A stretch of 64,000 nt of DNA from NCBI GenBank assembly GCA_034439735.1, contig JAWXAX010000076.1, forward strand, positions 536-64,535, in the 5' to 3' direction. Numbering within the stretch: the stretch's first letter is position 1; every line of letters begins with the position of its first letter. The translations under genes were made by a program, and so were the position numbers. The notes under the pieces were generated by a model, which was given only the letters and a program-made list of their open reading frames with translations, did not search any database and had not been told where the DNA came from. Source of the stretch: Rhodothermales bacterium. GTDB lineage: Bacteria; Bacteroidota; Rhodothermia; Rhodothermales; JAHQVL01. Of the stretch, positions 37,561-47,406 are shown piece after piece.

Positions 37561-37863
37561 TCAGAGCGTTTCTTCCTCGTTCGGATTACGGAAGTAGATC
37601 TCGCGATTCATCATTTCGTTGATCGCGACTTCCGGCGGCTTCGCGCGCTTCTCGTAGTCGACCGAAGTACGCACCTGCTCTTCCGTCATGCGCGTATCTT
37701 CGATCTCACTGCCAAAGCCTTCGAAGTAGGAAAGCTTCTCGTCCAACTCGGCTTTGCCTTTCGCTGATATCTGACGGGCGCGTTTGGCGAGGATGGCGAC
37801 GGTTTCGAAGAGACTGCCGGTTTCGCCGGTCAAAACGCTAACGTCGATAGTGCGGATAGCCAT
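37561..37863 (-). CDS. rpoZ: DNA-directed RNA polymerase subunit omega
   Basis: ATG at 37863 (MAIRTIDVSVL...). SLFETVAILAKRARQIS core. Located between gmk and coaBC. Confidence 0.75.
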   Translation of the reverse strand: MAIRTIDVSVLTGETGSLFETVAILAKRARQISAKGKAELDEKLSYFEGFGSEIEDTRMTEEQVRTSVDYEKRAKPPEVAINEMMNREIYFRNPNEEETL

Positions 37864-37943
37864 GGCTACAGAGGTAGGAAGAATGGATCGATAGGGGCGA
37901 TTCGGTATCGCGTACACAAAAACGGGAGCCGGCGCTTCAGGGA

Positions 37944-38546
37944 TCAGATGCCTGTCGTCGCGTGATTGCGTTCCGCGAGAAACTCCCGGATAAGTTCCAA
38001 TGTTTCCTCGACGGCCGTCTCGAGGTCGTCGTTGAGTACGATGTGATCGCAGAGCGGGGCATACTCCATCTCCATGGTGGCGCGGTCCAGTCGAACTTTC
38101 AGCCGCTCCGGGGACTCGGTTCCGCGGTTGGATAGGCGTTCGGCGAGGGAATTGAGGGAAGGCGGGCGGATGAAGAGGACGAGCGCCTCATCGCCGAGCA
38201 GTTCCTTGACCCGCATGGCGCCTCGTACGTCGAGGTCCAGCAGCGCCGTTCCGACACGTCCGATACGTTCTATCTCGGACAGAAGGGTGCCATAGAAGCA
38301 GCCCGGGTAGACCTCCTCATGCTCGAGGAAGTCGCCGGCGGCTACCCGTTCCATGAAGGCGTCTCGTTGGATGAAGTAGTAGTGGATGCCATCCTTCTCG
38401 TAATCACGCGGAGGTCGCGTGGTTGCGGAGACCGAAAACGTAAGCGTGGGGCATGCCGCGAGCACCCGCCGCGCAATCGTTGTCTTTCCCGCGCCGCTCG
38501 GGGCCGTGAGGGCAACGACGCCGAATCGGGGAGTCTGTGCGTTCAT
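37944..38546 (-). CDS. gmk: guanylate kinase
   Basis: 200 aa. P-loop APSGAGKTT, SATTRPPRDYEKDGIHYYF. Confidence 0.95.
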   Translation of the reverse strand: MNAQTPRFGVVALTAPSGAGKTTIARRVLAACPTLTFSVSATTRPPRDYEKDGIHYYFIQRDAFMERVAAGDFLEHEEVYPGCFYGTLLSEIERIGRVGTALLDLDVRGAMRVKELLGDEALVLFIRPPSLNSLAERLSNRGTESPERLKVRLDRATMEMEYAPLCDHIVLNDDLETAVEETLELIREFLAERNHATTGI

Positions 38547-39424
38547 TCAATATTTTGAACTTGCTCTCGAATTTTTTCGAGTTCTTCTTTCATCTCGACG
38601 GCCAGGTGAGCGACGCGAGCGTCGTTGGCTTTCGAGCCGATGGTGTTTACTTCGCGGTTGATTTCCTGTACGATGAAATTCAGCTTGCGGCCTACGGGCT
38701 CATCGCTCGCCATGGCGTCGCGAAACATATGCAGGTGCGAGGCCAGCCGCACACATTCTTCCGTCACATCGAGCCGATCGGCCAGCAGGGTAATTTCCAT
38801 CTCCAACCGGTCTCGATCCACGCGATCATCGCTGAACAATTCCGCGAGGCGGTCGGTCATGCGATCGCGGGCCTCGGCGATGCGTTCCGGAGCGCGGGTT
38901 TCAACTTCGCTGAGCCCCGCATCGATGGCGCGGAGACGCATTTCCAGATCATGGCGCAGGGCTTCACCCTCCTGAAACCGCATGGCGGTGAAGTTGGCGA
39001 TGGCCTCGGCGGTCGCGGCGACCAGCAGATCGCGGGTAGAGTCGCCGGGCGCGAGCGTTTCTTCGACAGTACTGATAAGATCCGGGAAGTTCAAGAGATG
39101 GGCCAGAGAAACCGGCTCGTCGATGCCGGCTTCGCGGGCGATGGTGCGCAGTAAGTGCGCGTAGGCGCGCACCTGGACGAGGTCTACCTGGACGGGCATC
39201 GCCACGTCGCCGGCGGTTTCCGGTTGCACGGAGATGCTGATTCGGCCGCGGGTGATGGATTGTTTGACCTGATTCTGAATGGCCGTTTCGTACTCGGCGA
39301 GTTGGCGGGGCATACGGGCGGACATCTCGCAGTACCGACCGTTCACCGAGCGGATTTCCACGACGAGCGCCAGGGAGTCGTTCTGGGCGCGGCCTCTGCC
39401 GAACCCGGTCATACTAGCTATCAT
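38543..39424 (-). CDS. yicC: YicC/YloC family (stress-induced endoribonuclease) protein
   Basis: 293 aa. MIASMTGFGR...EIRSVNGRY...C-terminal EINREVNTIGSKAND...VEMKEELEKIREQVQNIE. 4-nt overlap with gmk. Confidence 0.9.
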   Translation of the reverse strand: MIASMTGFGRGRAQNDSLALVVEIRSVNGRYCEMSARMPRQLAEYETAIQNQVKQSITRGRISISVQPETAGDVAMPVQVDLVQVRAYAHLLRTIAREAGIDEPVSLAHLLNFPDLISTVEETLAPGDSTRDLLVAATAEAIANFTAMRFQEGEALRHDLEMRLRAIDAGLSEVETRAPERIAEARDRMTDRLAELFSDDRVDRDRLEMEITLLADRLDVTEECVRLASHLHMFRDAMASDEPVGRKLNFIVQEINREVNTIGSKANDARVAHLAVEMKEELEKIREQVQNIE

Positions 39425-39473
39425 AACGTTTGGGATGACAGGTGGATGGATCCGCCGGGAGGCCTCAGGCCGT

Positions 39474-39509
39474 TTACAAAAGAGCCGGACCGCGCTGGCG
39501 ATCCGGCTC
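39474..39509 (-). terminator. intrinsic terminator after tRNA-Ser
   Basis: Minus strand reads GAGCCGGA-tcgccagcgcgg-TCCGGCTC followed by TTTTGT. Lies 10 nt downstream of the tRNA 3' end. Confidence 0.6.
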
Positions 39510-39519
39510 CTGGGCGCGG

Positions 39520-39608
39520 CGGAGAGAGAGGGATTCGAACCCTCGGTACCCCGTTAGGAGTACACACGCTTTCCAGGCGTGCACCTTCAGCCACTCGGTC
39601 ATCTCTCC
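39520..39608 (-). tRNA. tRNA-Ser (anticodon GGA), long variable arm
   Basis: Reverse complement GGAGAGATGACCGAGTGGCTGAAGGTGCACGCCTGGAAAGCGTG...GGGTTCGAATCCCTCTCTCTCCG. Acceptor GGAGAGA/TCTCTCC. Confidence 0.9.
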
Positions 39609-39676
39609 GACTGGGCAGGCATTCAGGGCGTAAGCATATCGCAGTACCGAGTACAAGTTCCTGCGAACCTCGCGCC

Positions 39677-40246
39677 TCATACCTCCATGATTTCCTCTTC
39701 CTTTCGATGCATCAGTTTATCGATGCCTTCGATGTGGCGATCCGTCATGGCCTGCAGTCGCTCTTCCGCTTCGTAGCGCATGTCTTCGGGCAGGTTTTCG
39801 GACAGCTGGATGGACTTGACTTCGTCCTTAGCGTGCCGGCGGATATTGCGGATGACGATTCGTGCATCTTCTCCGCGGACGCGTGCAGCCTTTGCCAGAT
39901 CTTTTCGGCGCTCCTCGGAGAGCGGGGGCACCGGAACGCGAATCAGCATGCCGTCATTGGAGGGCGTTACGCCGATATTGGCGGCTGAAATGGCTTTTTC
40001 GATATCCCCCAGCGAGGATTTATCCCACGGCTGGATCACGAGAAGGTCCGGCTGGGGCGCAGCGACGTTGGCCATTTGGTTCAGTGGTGTGCTCGATCCG
40101 TAGTAGTTCACCCGGATGTTTTCGAGCATGGCCGGCGTGGCGCGGCCGGCGCGAATGCTGCTGAGTTCGTGACGCAAGTGCTCGATCGCGCGATTCATCT
40201 TGTCTTCGGCGTCGTCGAGCACCATGGTGATCATCTCGTCAAGCAT
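39677..40246 (-). CDS. frr: ribosome recycling factor
   Basis: 189 aa. HELSSIRAGRATPAMLENIRVNYYGS..., LSEERRKDLAK. Confidence 0.95.
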   Translation of the reverse strand: MLDEMITMVLDDAEDKMNRAIEHLRHELSSIRAGRATPAMLENIRVNYYGSSTPLNQMANVAAPQPDLLVIQPWDKSSLGDIEKAISAANIGVTPSNDGMLIRVPVPPLSEERRKDLAKAARVRGEDARIVIRNIRRHAKDEVKSIQLSENLPEDMRYEAEERLQAMTDRHIEGIDKLMHRKEEEIMEV

Positions 40247-40275
40247 CGTACAACCTGTCAGTCAAGGTTCGGGGG

Positions 40276-41061
40276 TTAAGCGTTGAGTCCTGCCGTGCGT
40301 GGAGCCATCGTGGGGGGCTGTGTTTCACCCCAGTACACGAGGGTGCCGATCTGCTCGCCCTGGATGACGCGCAGCAGGTTGCCAGGGTCGTCCATATTAA
40401 ACACGATGATGGGCAGGCGGCTTTCCTTGCACAGCGTAAAGGCCGTCATATCCATAACGCGCAACTCCCGCTTGATCACTTCGCTCCCATGGATCCGGAT
40501 AAAACGCTCGGCGGAAAGATCCTTTTCGGGGTCGGCCGTAAAGATGCCATCGACGCGGGTGCCTTTGAGGATGACATGAGCGTCGATTTCAAGGGCGCGA
40601 AGGGAGGCGGCGGTATCGGTCGTAAAATACGGATTCCCGGTGCCGGCGCCAAAGATAACGACGCGTCCTTTTTCGAGGTGGCGGATGGCGCGTCGCCGGA
40701 TGAACGGTTCGGCGATCTCGTCCATATGGATACTGGACTGGAGGCGGGTTTTGAGGCCGGCCTGCTCCAGGGCGTCCTGGAGGGCCATCGCATTGATCAT
40801 GGTAGCGAGCATGCCCATGTAGTCCGCATGGGCACGTTTCATCCCCTTATTCGCCTCGATCCCTCGGAATATATTGCCCCCGCCGATGACGATGGCGACT
40901 TCGGCGCCGAGGTTCTGGGCGTCCCGAACAGCGCGGGCGTAGCCGTTGAGTACCTCTTCGTCGATCCCGAACTCCCTGTTTCCAAGCAGCGCTTCGCCGC
41001 TTAATTTGAGCAGAACACGTTTATAGTGGGGAGCGTCGCGTTTGGGCTGATCCTCAGGCAT
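40276..41061 (-). CDS. pyrH: UMP kinase
   Basis: ATG at 41061 ([25 protein letters not shown]). [26 protein letters not shown]. Confidence 0.95.
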   Translation of the reverse strand: MPEDQPKRDAPHYKRVLLKLSGEALLGNREFGIDEEVLNGYARAVRDAQNLGAEVAIVIGGGNIFRGIEANKGMKRAHADYMGMLATMINAMALQDALEQAGLKTRLQSSIHMDEIAEPFIRRRAIRHLEKGRVVIFGAGTGNPYFTTDTAASLRALEIDAHVILKGTRVDGIFTADPEKDLSAERFIRIHGSEVIKRELRVMDMTAFTLCKESRLPIIVFNMDDPGNLLRVIQGEQIGTLVYWGETQPPTMAPRTAGLNA

Positions 41062-41313
41062 AGTATAGAGACGCGGGGTGCATCGGTGAACGAACAATGA
41101 AACGATCCTTCCTGGCGCGCGATCGACGGGATCCAGCGAGGGGCGCCAGCACGAAGAGGCGTGGAACGCGGCAGGCGCTCAGGGGGGGCCGGGCGGAGGG
41201 GATGGGTGGATGAATCCGGCCGGCCTTGCCATCCCGGAGCACTCCGGGGGTATCATGAAACGCACTACTGAAATGCCCTGGCCGGCGCATGCCAGGGCGT
41301 TCGTACGAACAGG

Positions 41314-42144
41314 TCAATCTCCCAGCGCGAAGCGATGGAAGCCGCGAACATCCACCTGCGCTTTGCGGAGCATTTCTTTGACCGAGACCGAGGAGTCCTT
41401 GACAAAAGGCTGCTCGATCAACACGTTGTCTTTATAAAAGCGCTGCAGCTTACCCTGGGCGATTTTATCCAGCATGGCTTCCGCCTTGCCTTCGGCCTGC
41501 GCGGCTTCGCGGGCGATCTCCATTTCCTTCTGCTTGATGTCCGCCGGCACTTCGTCCGGCGTCGTGGCGATCGGATTCAGTGCGGCCACTTGCATGGCGA
41601 CATCGCGGCCGGCTTCGGCCGTGTTGCCCTCACCGGTCATTTCGACCAGTACACCAAGGCGAGCGCCCGGGTGTACGTAGGGGACGATGACTCCGCCTGT
41701 GGAGGAGGCCACTTTGAAGCGACGGATATCCACCTTTTCGCCGACCTTCCCGGTGAGCGCGAGCGCGGCGGAGCCCACCGTTTCAGCGCTACCGAAGGGG
41801 AGCGCGAGCAGGGCGTCTCCGTCGGCCGGGTTGCTGGCGAGGACGATGCCGGCAACAGCCTCGGCGAACGTCTTGAAGTCGTCGCTTCGGGCCACAAAAT
41901 CCGTCTCGCAGTTCACTTCGGCAATCGCACCTTTCTTGCGGTCGGCACTGACGGCCGTAACCACCAGCCCTTCCTTCGCTTCGCGGTCCGCACGATTGGC
42001 GGCAACCTTCTGGCCTTTTTTACGCAGCAAGTCGATGGCGGCGTCGAAGTCGCCATTCGCCTCAGCAAGGGCCTTTTTGCAATCCATCATACCGACTCCG
42101 GTGATTTCGCGGAGCCGCATTACATCCTGGGCAGAGATCGACAT
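41314..42144 (-). CDS. tsf: translation elongation factor Ts
   Basis: 276 aa. [29 protein letters not shown]-like N-terminus. Confidence 0.95.
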   Translation of the reverse strand: MSISAQDVMRLREITGVGMMDCKKALAEANGDFDAAIDLLRKKGQKVAANRADREAKEGLVVTAVSADRKKGAIAEVNCETDFVARSDDFKTFAEAVAGIVLASNPADGDALLALPFGSAETVGSAALALTGKVGEKVDIRRFKVASSTGGVIVPYVHPGARLGVLVEMTGEGNTAEAGRDVAMQVAALNPIATTPDEVPADIKQKEMEIAREAAQAEGKAEAMLDKIAQGKLQRFYKDNVLIEQPFVKDSSVSVKEMLRKAQVDVRGFHRFALGD

Positions 42145-42201
42145 GGTATCGTTTGATTTTAATCTGTACGCAATCCTTCAGAGCGGGACGGGGCGAAGCG
42201 A

Positions 42202-43026
42202 TCACGCTTCGTCTTCCTCGCCTTCGCCCACTTCGTCGACAAAATCCTCTTCCGACTCGTCGCCCTCGTATTCCGAAGCGAGGCGTTCGTTCTCCGCTTC
42301 TTCCACGGCAGAATCGACGCCCTTCGCCCTGTAGCCCTCATTGATGGCGTCGGCGATGACCGAGGTGATGAGGTCGATCGACTTGAGTGCGTCGTCGTTG
42401 GCCGGAATTGGGAAGTCAACCAGGTCCGGGTCGCAGTTGGTATCCACGATGGCGATGATGGGGATACCCAGCTTGCGCGCCTCCTTGACCGCGATGTGTT
42501 CGCGGTTGATGTCCACCACGAACGCGGCGCCCGGGAGCTTCGGCATGTCGGCAATGCCCTTCAACACGCGCTGGAGCTTATCGAGCTCGCGCTGCTTCAT
42601 GAGCCGCTCTTTCTTCTTGAGCTGTTCGACGGTCCCATCATCTTCCATCTTCTTGATGTCCTCCATCCGCCGGATGCTCTTGCGGATAGTCTGGAAGTTC
42701 GTCAGGGTGCCGCCCAGCCAGCGCTCCACCGTATAGGGGGATTTGCAGGCTTCAGCGTGCTGCCGGATGATGTCCTTGGCCTGTTTTTTCGTGCCGATGA
42801 ACAGGATACGCCGGCCCATTTTCGTGAAGCGCGTCGCGGCATCAGCGGCCGCATCCAGCAACGCCTGTGTCTGCATCAGGTCGATAATGTGGATGCCGTT
42901 CCGCTCCATGAAGATGTAATTTTTCATCTTCGGATTCCACCGGCGGGTCAGGTGGCCGAAGTGCGTGCCTGCTTTTAACAGGGCTTCGATCTGGACGCGA
43001 TGTCCGTTGCTTTGTGCCTGGCTCAT
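42202..43026 (-). CDS. rpsB: 30S ribosomal protein S2 (acidic C-terminal tail)
   Basis: 274 aa. LLKAGTHFGHLTRRWNPKM, ERWLGGTLTNF. Confidence 0.95.
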   Translation of the reverse strand: MSQAQSNGHRVQIEALLKAGTHFGHLTRRWNPKMKNYIFMERNGIHIIDLMQTQALLDAAADAATRFTKMGRRILFIGTKKQAKDIIRQHAEACKSPYTVERWLGGTLTNFQTIRKSIRRMEDIKKMEDDGTVEQLKKKERLMKQRELDKLQRVLKGIADMPKLPGAAFVVDINREHIAVKEARKLGIPIIAIVDTNCDPDLVDFPIPANDDALKSIDLITSVIADAINEGYRAKGVDSAVEEAENERLASEYEGDESEEDFVDEVGEGEEDEA

Positions 43027-43136
43027 GGTATCGGGTTGTGTTTCCGCTACACCCGTCGTGTACGTGGCCAGACCTCTTGCGAGGCCACCCGGCCGTGTAT
43101 CGGGGCGTATGAGTGATAAGCGCTAAACGACACTCG

Positions 43137-43532
43137 TTAGCGCTTCGAGAACTGGAAGCGTTTGCGCGCTTTGGGCTGGCCGTATTTCTTGCGCTCGACC
43201 ATGCGCGGATCGCGCGTGAGCAGGTCCGCGTCGCGGAGCTGCTTCTTGAGCGTTTCGTCATACTTGACGAGCGCACGGGCGATGCCCAGGCGAATCGCTT
43301 CGGCCTGGCCGGTCGGTCCGCCGCCGTTCGTGTTCACCACGACGTCGAAGTTGCCGGTCGTTCCCGTCTTGTCAAACGGGGCGAGAATCTCCTTGCGTCG
43401 CCACGAAAGGGGGAAATAATCTTCGATCGTGCGCTTGTTGATCGTGATCGTGCCGTTGCCCGAGCGCAGATACACGCGCGCTACAGACGTTTTACGCCGG
43501 CCGATCGCCGTGAATTGTACGAGTGCAGACAT
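43137..43532 (-). CDS. rpsI: 30S ribosomal protein S9
   Basis: 131 aa. [12 protein letters not shown]..., C-terminal [17 protein letters not shown]. Confidence 0.95.
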   Translation of the reverse strand: MSALVQFTAIGRRKTSVARVYLRSGNGTITINKRTIEDYFPLSWRRKEILAPFDKTGTTGNFDVVVNTNGGGPTGQAEAIRLGIARALVKYDETLKKQLRDADLLTRDPRMVERKKYGQPKARKRFQFSKR

Positions 43533-43572
43533 AATGGATTGGTTGCCGTGCTACGGTGTAAAGGTCAGGATC

Positions 43573-44016
43573 TCAGAACGAGATGGGCTGCGGATTCTGG
43601 GCTTCATGCGGATGCTCCGGCCCCGCATACACCTTCAGTTTCTTGATCATCTGGCGCCCCAGAGGGCCCTTCGGCAACATCCCCTTCACCGCGTTCTCAA
43701 GCGCAAACGTCGGCTTCTTCGTCCGCAATTCCTTCGGCGTACGGATCTTCACGCCGCCGGGATACCCGGTGTGGCTGAAGTATTCCTTGTCCGTTTCTTT
43801 CTTGCCGGTGAAGCGAATCTTGTCCGCATTGATGATGATGACATGGTCGCCCGTGTCAATGTGCGGGGTGTAGCTCGCTTTGTGCTTCCCGCGTAACAGG
43901 GTGGCCACATGCGACGCGAGACGACCTACGACCTCGTTCTCCGCGTCGACTACGTGCCACGCACGCACGACTTCCACCGGCCGGGCACTATAGGTCTTAA
44001 AGCTGTTGGTATCCAT
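43573..44016 (-). CDS. rplM: 50S ribosomal protein L13
   Basis: 147 aa. [27 protein letters not shown].... Confidence 0.95.
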   Translation of the reverse strand: MDTNSFKTYSARPVEVVRAWHVVDAENEVVGRLASHVATLLRGKHKASYTPHIDTGDHVIIINADKIRFTGKKETDKEYFSHTGYPGGVKIRTPKELRTKKPTFALENAVKGMLPKGPLGRQMIKKLKVYAGPEHPHEAQNPQPISF

Positions 44017-44311
44017 CGGGACCCCTCGTTCAGCGTTTCTTTAGGAAATAAAGGCAAATTGGCAGGCTAACGCCAGGTTCCAATGAGGCTAGAGCCCGCC
44101 TTGAACGGGCGTGGGCTCCCCGGGATCCCGACATTTTTATGCGAAGACTCACACGCCAGGGGTATCGCGATGTTTTCAATTCAAACAATCTTCCTCCAAT
44201 CTTGACGAATCCCCCCACGGACCCGCGCATGCCGGCGATGTTTAGTAGATCCATAAACGACTGGCGCTGGCTTCGGACAACACGTATTTTGTGCACAGAG
44301 CCAACCCCCCC

Positions 44312-44989
44312 ATGCCCGTATTCCACGCCCTCCACGCCCTCAAACGCCGCCTGCCGTTTCCTCTGGATGCCATCGACCAGGTGAACGCGCTGTATCGCCG
44401 TTGGCTAAGCCTCCGTGCGCAGGACGATTTACGACTCGTCGACCTGTGGACCTATTGTTTCATCTGGCGCTACCTCCTCATCAAGTTTGCCCGAGATCCG
44501 GAACTGAATGAAGTGGATCTGGACGTTCAATTGGGCAAGATCTACGAACAGGTTGTGGGCAAACGCCATACGATTCAAAATCTGGATGGCTATGCCAGCT
44601 GGGTCAGCGTGGTATGCCACAACCAACACATCAATTACCTGCGTGCCCACCACCCTGAAACGATCCCGTTCGCCCTCACGTTTGACACACCCCTGGATCC
44701 CCTTGAGCCCGACGTGGACGCGGTGGTGCTTTTTAAGGCGATCATCGCCGCCATAGGCCGGCTGCCGGACTACCTGGGCGCGATCGCCGAGCTGCGGGTC
44801 ATCCACGAACGCTCCTATGAGGAAATCGCGTTGTTGACCGGTAAAAACGTGGTCGTGGTGCGTTCCTATGCCAACAAGGCGCTGCAGCGGCTCCGGTCCG
44901 ACCCCGACTTTCTCTGGTTCTGTCGATTTAATTTCGATGAAGACATGGGACGAGAGGGTATTTCCAGGGAGCAACCCTTGTCTGATTAG
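44312..44989 (+). CDS. divergent sigma-70/ECF-like sigma factor (putative)
   Basis: ATG at 44312. Region-2-like YASWVSVVCHNQHINYLR and clear region-4 HTH ERSYEEIALLTGKNVVVVRSYANKALQRL. Atypical N-terminal extension of about 50 aa. Confidence 0.55.
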   Translation: MPVFHALHALKRRLPFPLDAIDQVNALYRRWLSLRAQDDLRLVDLWTYCFIWRYLLIKFARDPELNEVDLDVQLGKIYEQVVGKRHTIQNLDGYASWVSVVCHNQHINYLRAHHPETIPFALTFDTPLDPLEPDVDAVVLFKAIIAAIGRLPDYLGAIAELRVIHERSYEEIALLTGKNVVVVRSYANKALQRLRSDPDFLWFCRFNFDEDMGREGISREQPLSD

Positions 44990-45010
44990 ACAGATGGAGG
45001 ATCACTTTTT

Positions 45011-45925
45011 ATGGACCACATGACGACCGAGCATATACTGAGCTACGGCTACCTTACCGAGGACGAACGTCGCAGCGTCGAGGCCTATGTGGCACGGCAT
45101 CCGGAGCTTGCGCCGGTGCTAGCTGAGGCTCGGACCCTTTTTGATTCGATACACGCCGAGTACGAAGAAAATGCCGGGGGATTAACGGACGAAGAGCTGC
45201 TCGCCCACCTCGTTGACACTCAGCTGGGGCATCCGGGCCTGAACGACACGCGGATACGCCGCGCGCTCGACAGTTCTTCGGCGCTCCGTTCGCGGTACGA
45301 CGCCCTGGCGGGCCGGCTGGATCGGTTATCTTCGGCCATGGACCCCGTCGCGCATTTTGAACAGCTCTCGGGGTATCGCCTGAAGGAGGAAGCCCCCCTC
45401 CGAATGGATCGCCCGGCACAAGCCGGCACGCGCCCTTTCGCATGGCGCCGCCTGACACTCGCGGTCGGCTGCATGGCCCTCGCGCTGCTGGCGGTCGCCA
45501 TCCCCTCCGCGCGGCTTCGCGCTATCGATCGACTGGCCTATATCGAACCCGAGGAACTCGACCTGCCCGGATTTGATGCTATTCAACGCGGCGCGGCGGC
45601 GCCGACTGAACCGGCGTCTCCCGATGTCTTGTATCGCCACGCGCTCTCCTCGTTCAAACACGCCCGCAAGGCCGGCCTCGGCCTGTTTCCGCGGTATGAG
45701 GCGGCGTTATTAGACCGGGCGGAAAAGGAGCTCGAACGGGTGATCGCCGTCGAGCCCGCGACCTCATTCTTGTCTCATGAGGCTCGTTATACGCTGGCGC
45801 GGGTGTATCTGGCCGGAGACCATCGTGATGCCGCACGGGATGAACTGGCCGAGGTGGCGGCCGGTGAGAGTCACCGCGCGGCCGCCGCACGTGAGTTGCT
45901 TACACGCATCGCAGCCCGACGGTGA
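45011..45925 (+). CDS. putative single-pass anti-sigma factor (hypothetical)
   Basis: 304 aa. Cytoplasmic N-domain, one TM (LTLAVGCMALALLAVAI), helical TPR-like C-terminus. 21 nt after the sigma-like gene. Confidence 0.45.
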   Translation: MDHMTTEHILSYGYLTEDERRSVEAYVARHPELAPVLAEARTLFDSIHAEYEENAGGLTDEELLAHLVDTQLGHPGLNDTRIRRALDSSSALRSRYDALAGRLDRLSSAMDPVAHFEQLSGYRLKEEAPLRMDRPAQAGTRPFAWRRLTLAVGCMALALLAVAIPSARLRAIDRLAYIEPEELDLPGFDAIQRGAAAPTEPASPDVLYRHALSSFKHARKAGLGLFPRYEAALLDRAEKELERVIAVEPATSFLSHEARYTLARVYLAGDHRDAARDELAEVAAGESHRAAAARELLTRIAARR

Positions 45926-45984
45926 CACGCTCGCACGGGTGTTCGACACGGCAGGCCAATCCTCCACCAACACTATCCAAATCG

Positions 45985-47391
45985 ATGCGAACGGCTCTCT
46001 GGTCCCTGCTTCTTTGTTCGCTTGCTCTGCCCGTGGCCGGGCAAACGGCGTCCTTTATCCTGGGCGCGGATGTGAGTTTTTTGGAGGAGGTGGAAGCCGG
46101 CGACGGCGTGTTTACCGTAGACGCCCTGCCGGCGGATCCGCTGGACATCCTCGCTTCGAACGGATTTGGCGCCATTCGCCTCCGCGTCTGGCACACACCG
46201 CCGGATGGCCGCAATACGCTTGAAGAGACGCTGGCGACGGCCGCCCGTGCCCGCGAGGCAGGCCTGGATCTCTTACTCGATCTTCATTATTCGGACACAT
46301 GGGCCGACCCCGGCAAACAGTTCGTCCCCACCGCCTGGGCCGGGCAGTCCTTCGATGCGCTCCGCGACAGCGTACGAGCCTACACATTCTCCGTCGTTGA
46401 CGCCCTCGCCAGACAGAATACCCTGCCGGACATCGTCCAGCTGGGCAACGAAATCATTTGCGGGATGCTCTGGGATGCCGGACGCGTGTGTAATGCGTTT
46501 AATACAGGCACCCAGTGGGAGCAACTCGCCAGCCTGTTATCCGCCGCTCGGGAGGGCGCGTTGGAGGCCGTGCCGGCTGGAGATTCGTTGCGCATCATGA
46601 TCCACATAGACCGAGGGGCGGACAACGCTGGCAGCCGCTGGTTCTTCGATCAGCTGATGGCGGAGGACATCGCGTTTGACCTCATCGGTCTGTCCTATTA
46701 CCCCTGGTGGCATGGATCGCTCGATGATCTCTCTCGCAACCTGACCGACCTCGCCGGCCGCTACGGCAAGGATATCGTCGTCGTCGAGACGGGGTACCCG
46801 TGGACCCTGGCATGGAACGATACCGTCAACAACCTGGTGGGCGACCCGACTCAGTTGTTGCCCGGCTACCCCGCCACCGTCGCCGGTCAGGAGGCTTTTT
46901 TTCGCGAACTGCACCGTCGGGTGAAGGCGACGCCGGCCAACCGCGGGATAGGGGTATTCCTGTGGGAGCCGCTTGCCATAAGTGGGCCCTCGTTTGGCTC
47001 GGTGATGGAAAACCTTGCATTATTCAACTTCGCCGGGGAAGTGCTTGCGTCGATGCGTGCATTCGCGCCGGAGTCGACCACCGGCGTAACTTCCGAGTCA
47101 GAACCGGTAGCCGGTGCAATTGACGTGTATCCCACGCCTTTCCATACGACGGTAGAGATTGTTTATGAGGGGAAGAATGCACGAGGGACCCTCCAGCCGA
47201 TGCATGCGCACATCCTGGATAGCCTGGGGCGAAGCGTGGTTTCGTTGGGCCCGGGTCGATCGTCCGGGGACGGGGTGAGGTGGCAGTGGGATGGGCAGGA
47301 TGGCGCGGGACGTCGTATGCCGGCCGGTCTGTACTTCTGTGCGATCGAAGCACCCGAAGGAAGCGTGTTTGCGCGTATCGTTCGGCAATGA
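45985..47391 (+). CDS. arabinogalactan endo-beta-1,4-galactanase (GH53) with T9SS C-terminal sorting domain
   Basis: ATG at 45985 gives signal MRTALWSLLLCSLALPVAG. GADVSFLEEVE..., IRLRVWHTP, QLGNEI. C-terminal VYPTPFHTTVEI...GLYFCAIEAPEGSVFARIV resembles the Por secretion tail. Confidence 0.8.
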   Translation: MRTALWSLLLCSLALPVAGQTASFILGADVSFLEEVEAGDGVFTVDALPADPLDILASNGFGAIRLRVWHTPPDGRNTLEETLATAARAREAGLDLLLDLHYSDTWADPGKQFVPTAWAGQSFDALRDSVRAYTFSVVDALARQNTLPDIVQLGNEIICGMLWDAGRVCNAFNTGTQWEQLASLLSAAREGALEAVPAGDSLRIMIHIDRGADNAGSRWFFDQLMAEDIAFDLIGLSYYPWWHGSLDDLSRNLTDLAGRYGKDIVVVETGYPWTLAWNDTVNNLVGDPTQLLPGYPATVAGQEAFFRELHRRVKATPANRGIGVFLWEPLAISGPSFGSVMENLALFNFAGEVLASMRAFAPESTTGVTSESEPVAGAIDVYPTPFHTTVEIVYEGKNARGTLQPMHAHILDSLGRSVVSLGPGRSSGDGVRWQWDGQDGAGRRMPAGLYFCAIEAPEGSVFARIVRQ

Positions 47392-47406
47392 CGCCGGCGA
47401 TGACGA

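Noticed and set aside
41098-41313. 252-nt tsf-pyrH spacer as a hidden ncRNA.
   Set aside because: It contains only GC-rich stems: GCCCTGGC/GCCAGGGC at 41275-41298 followed by ATTT on the minus strand, and CCCGGAG/CTCCGGG at 41232-41249. These are compatible with a tsf terminator and the pyrH promoter. No family-specific motif was recognised.
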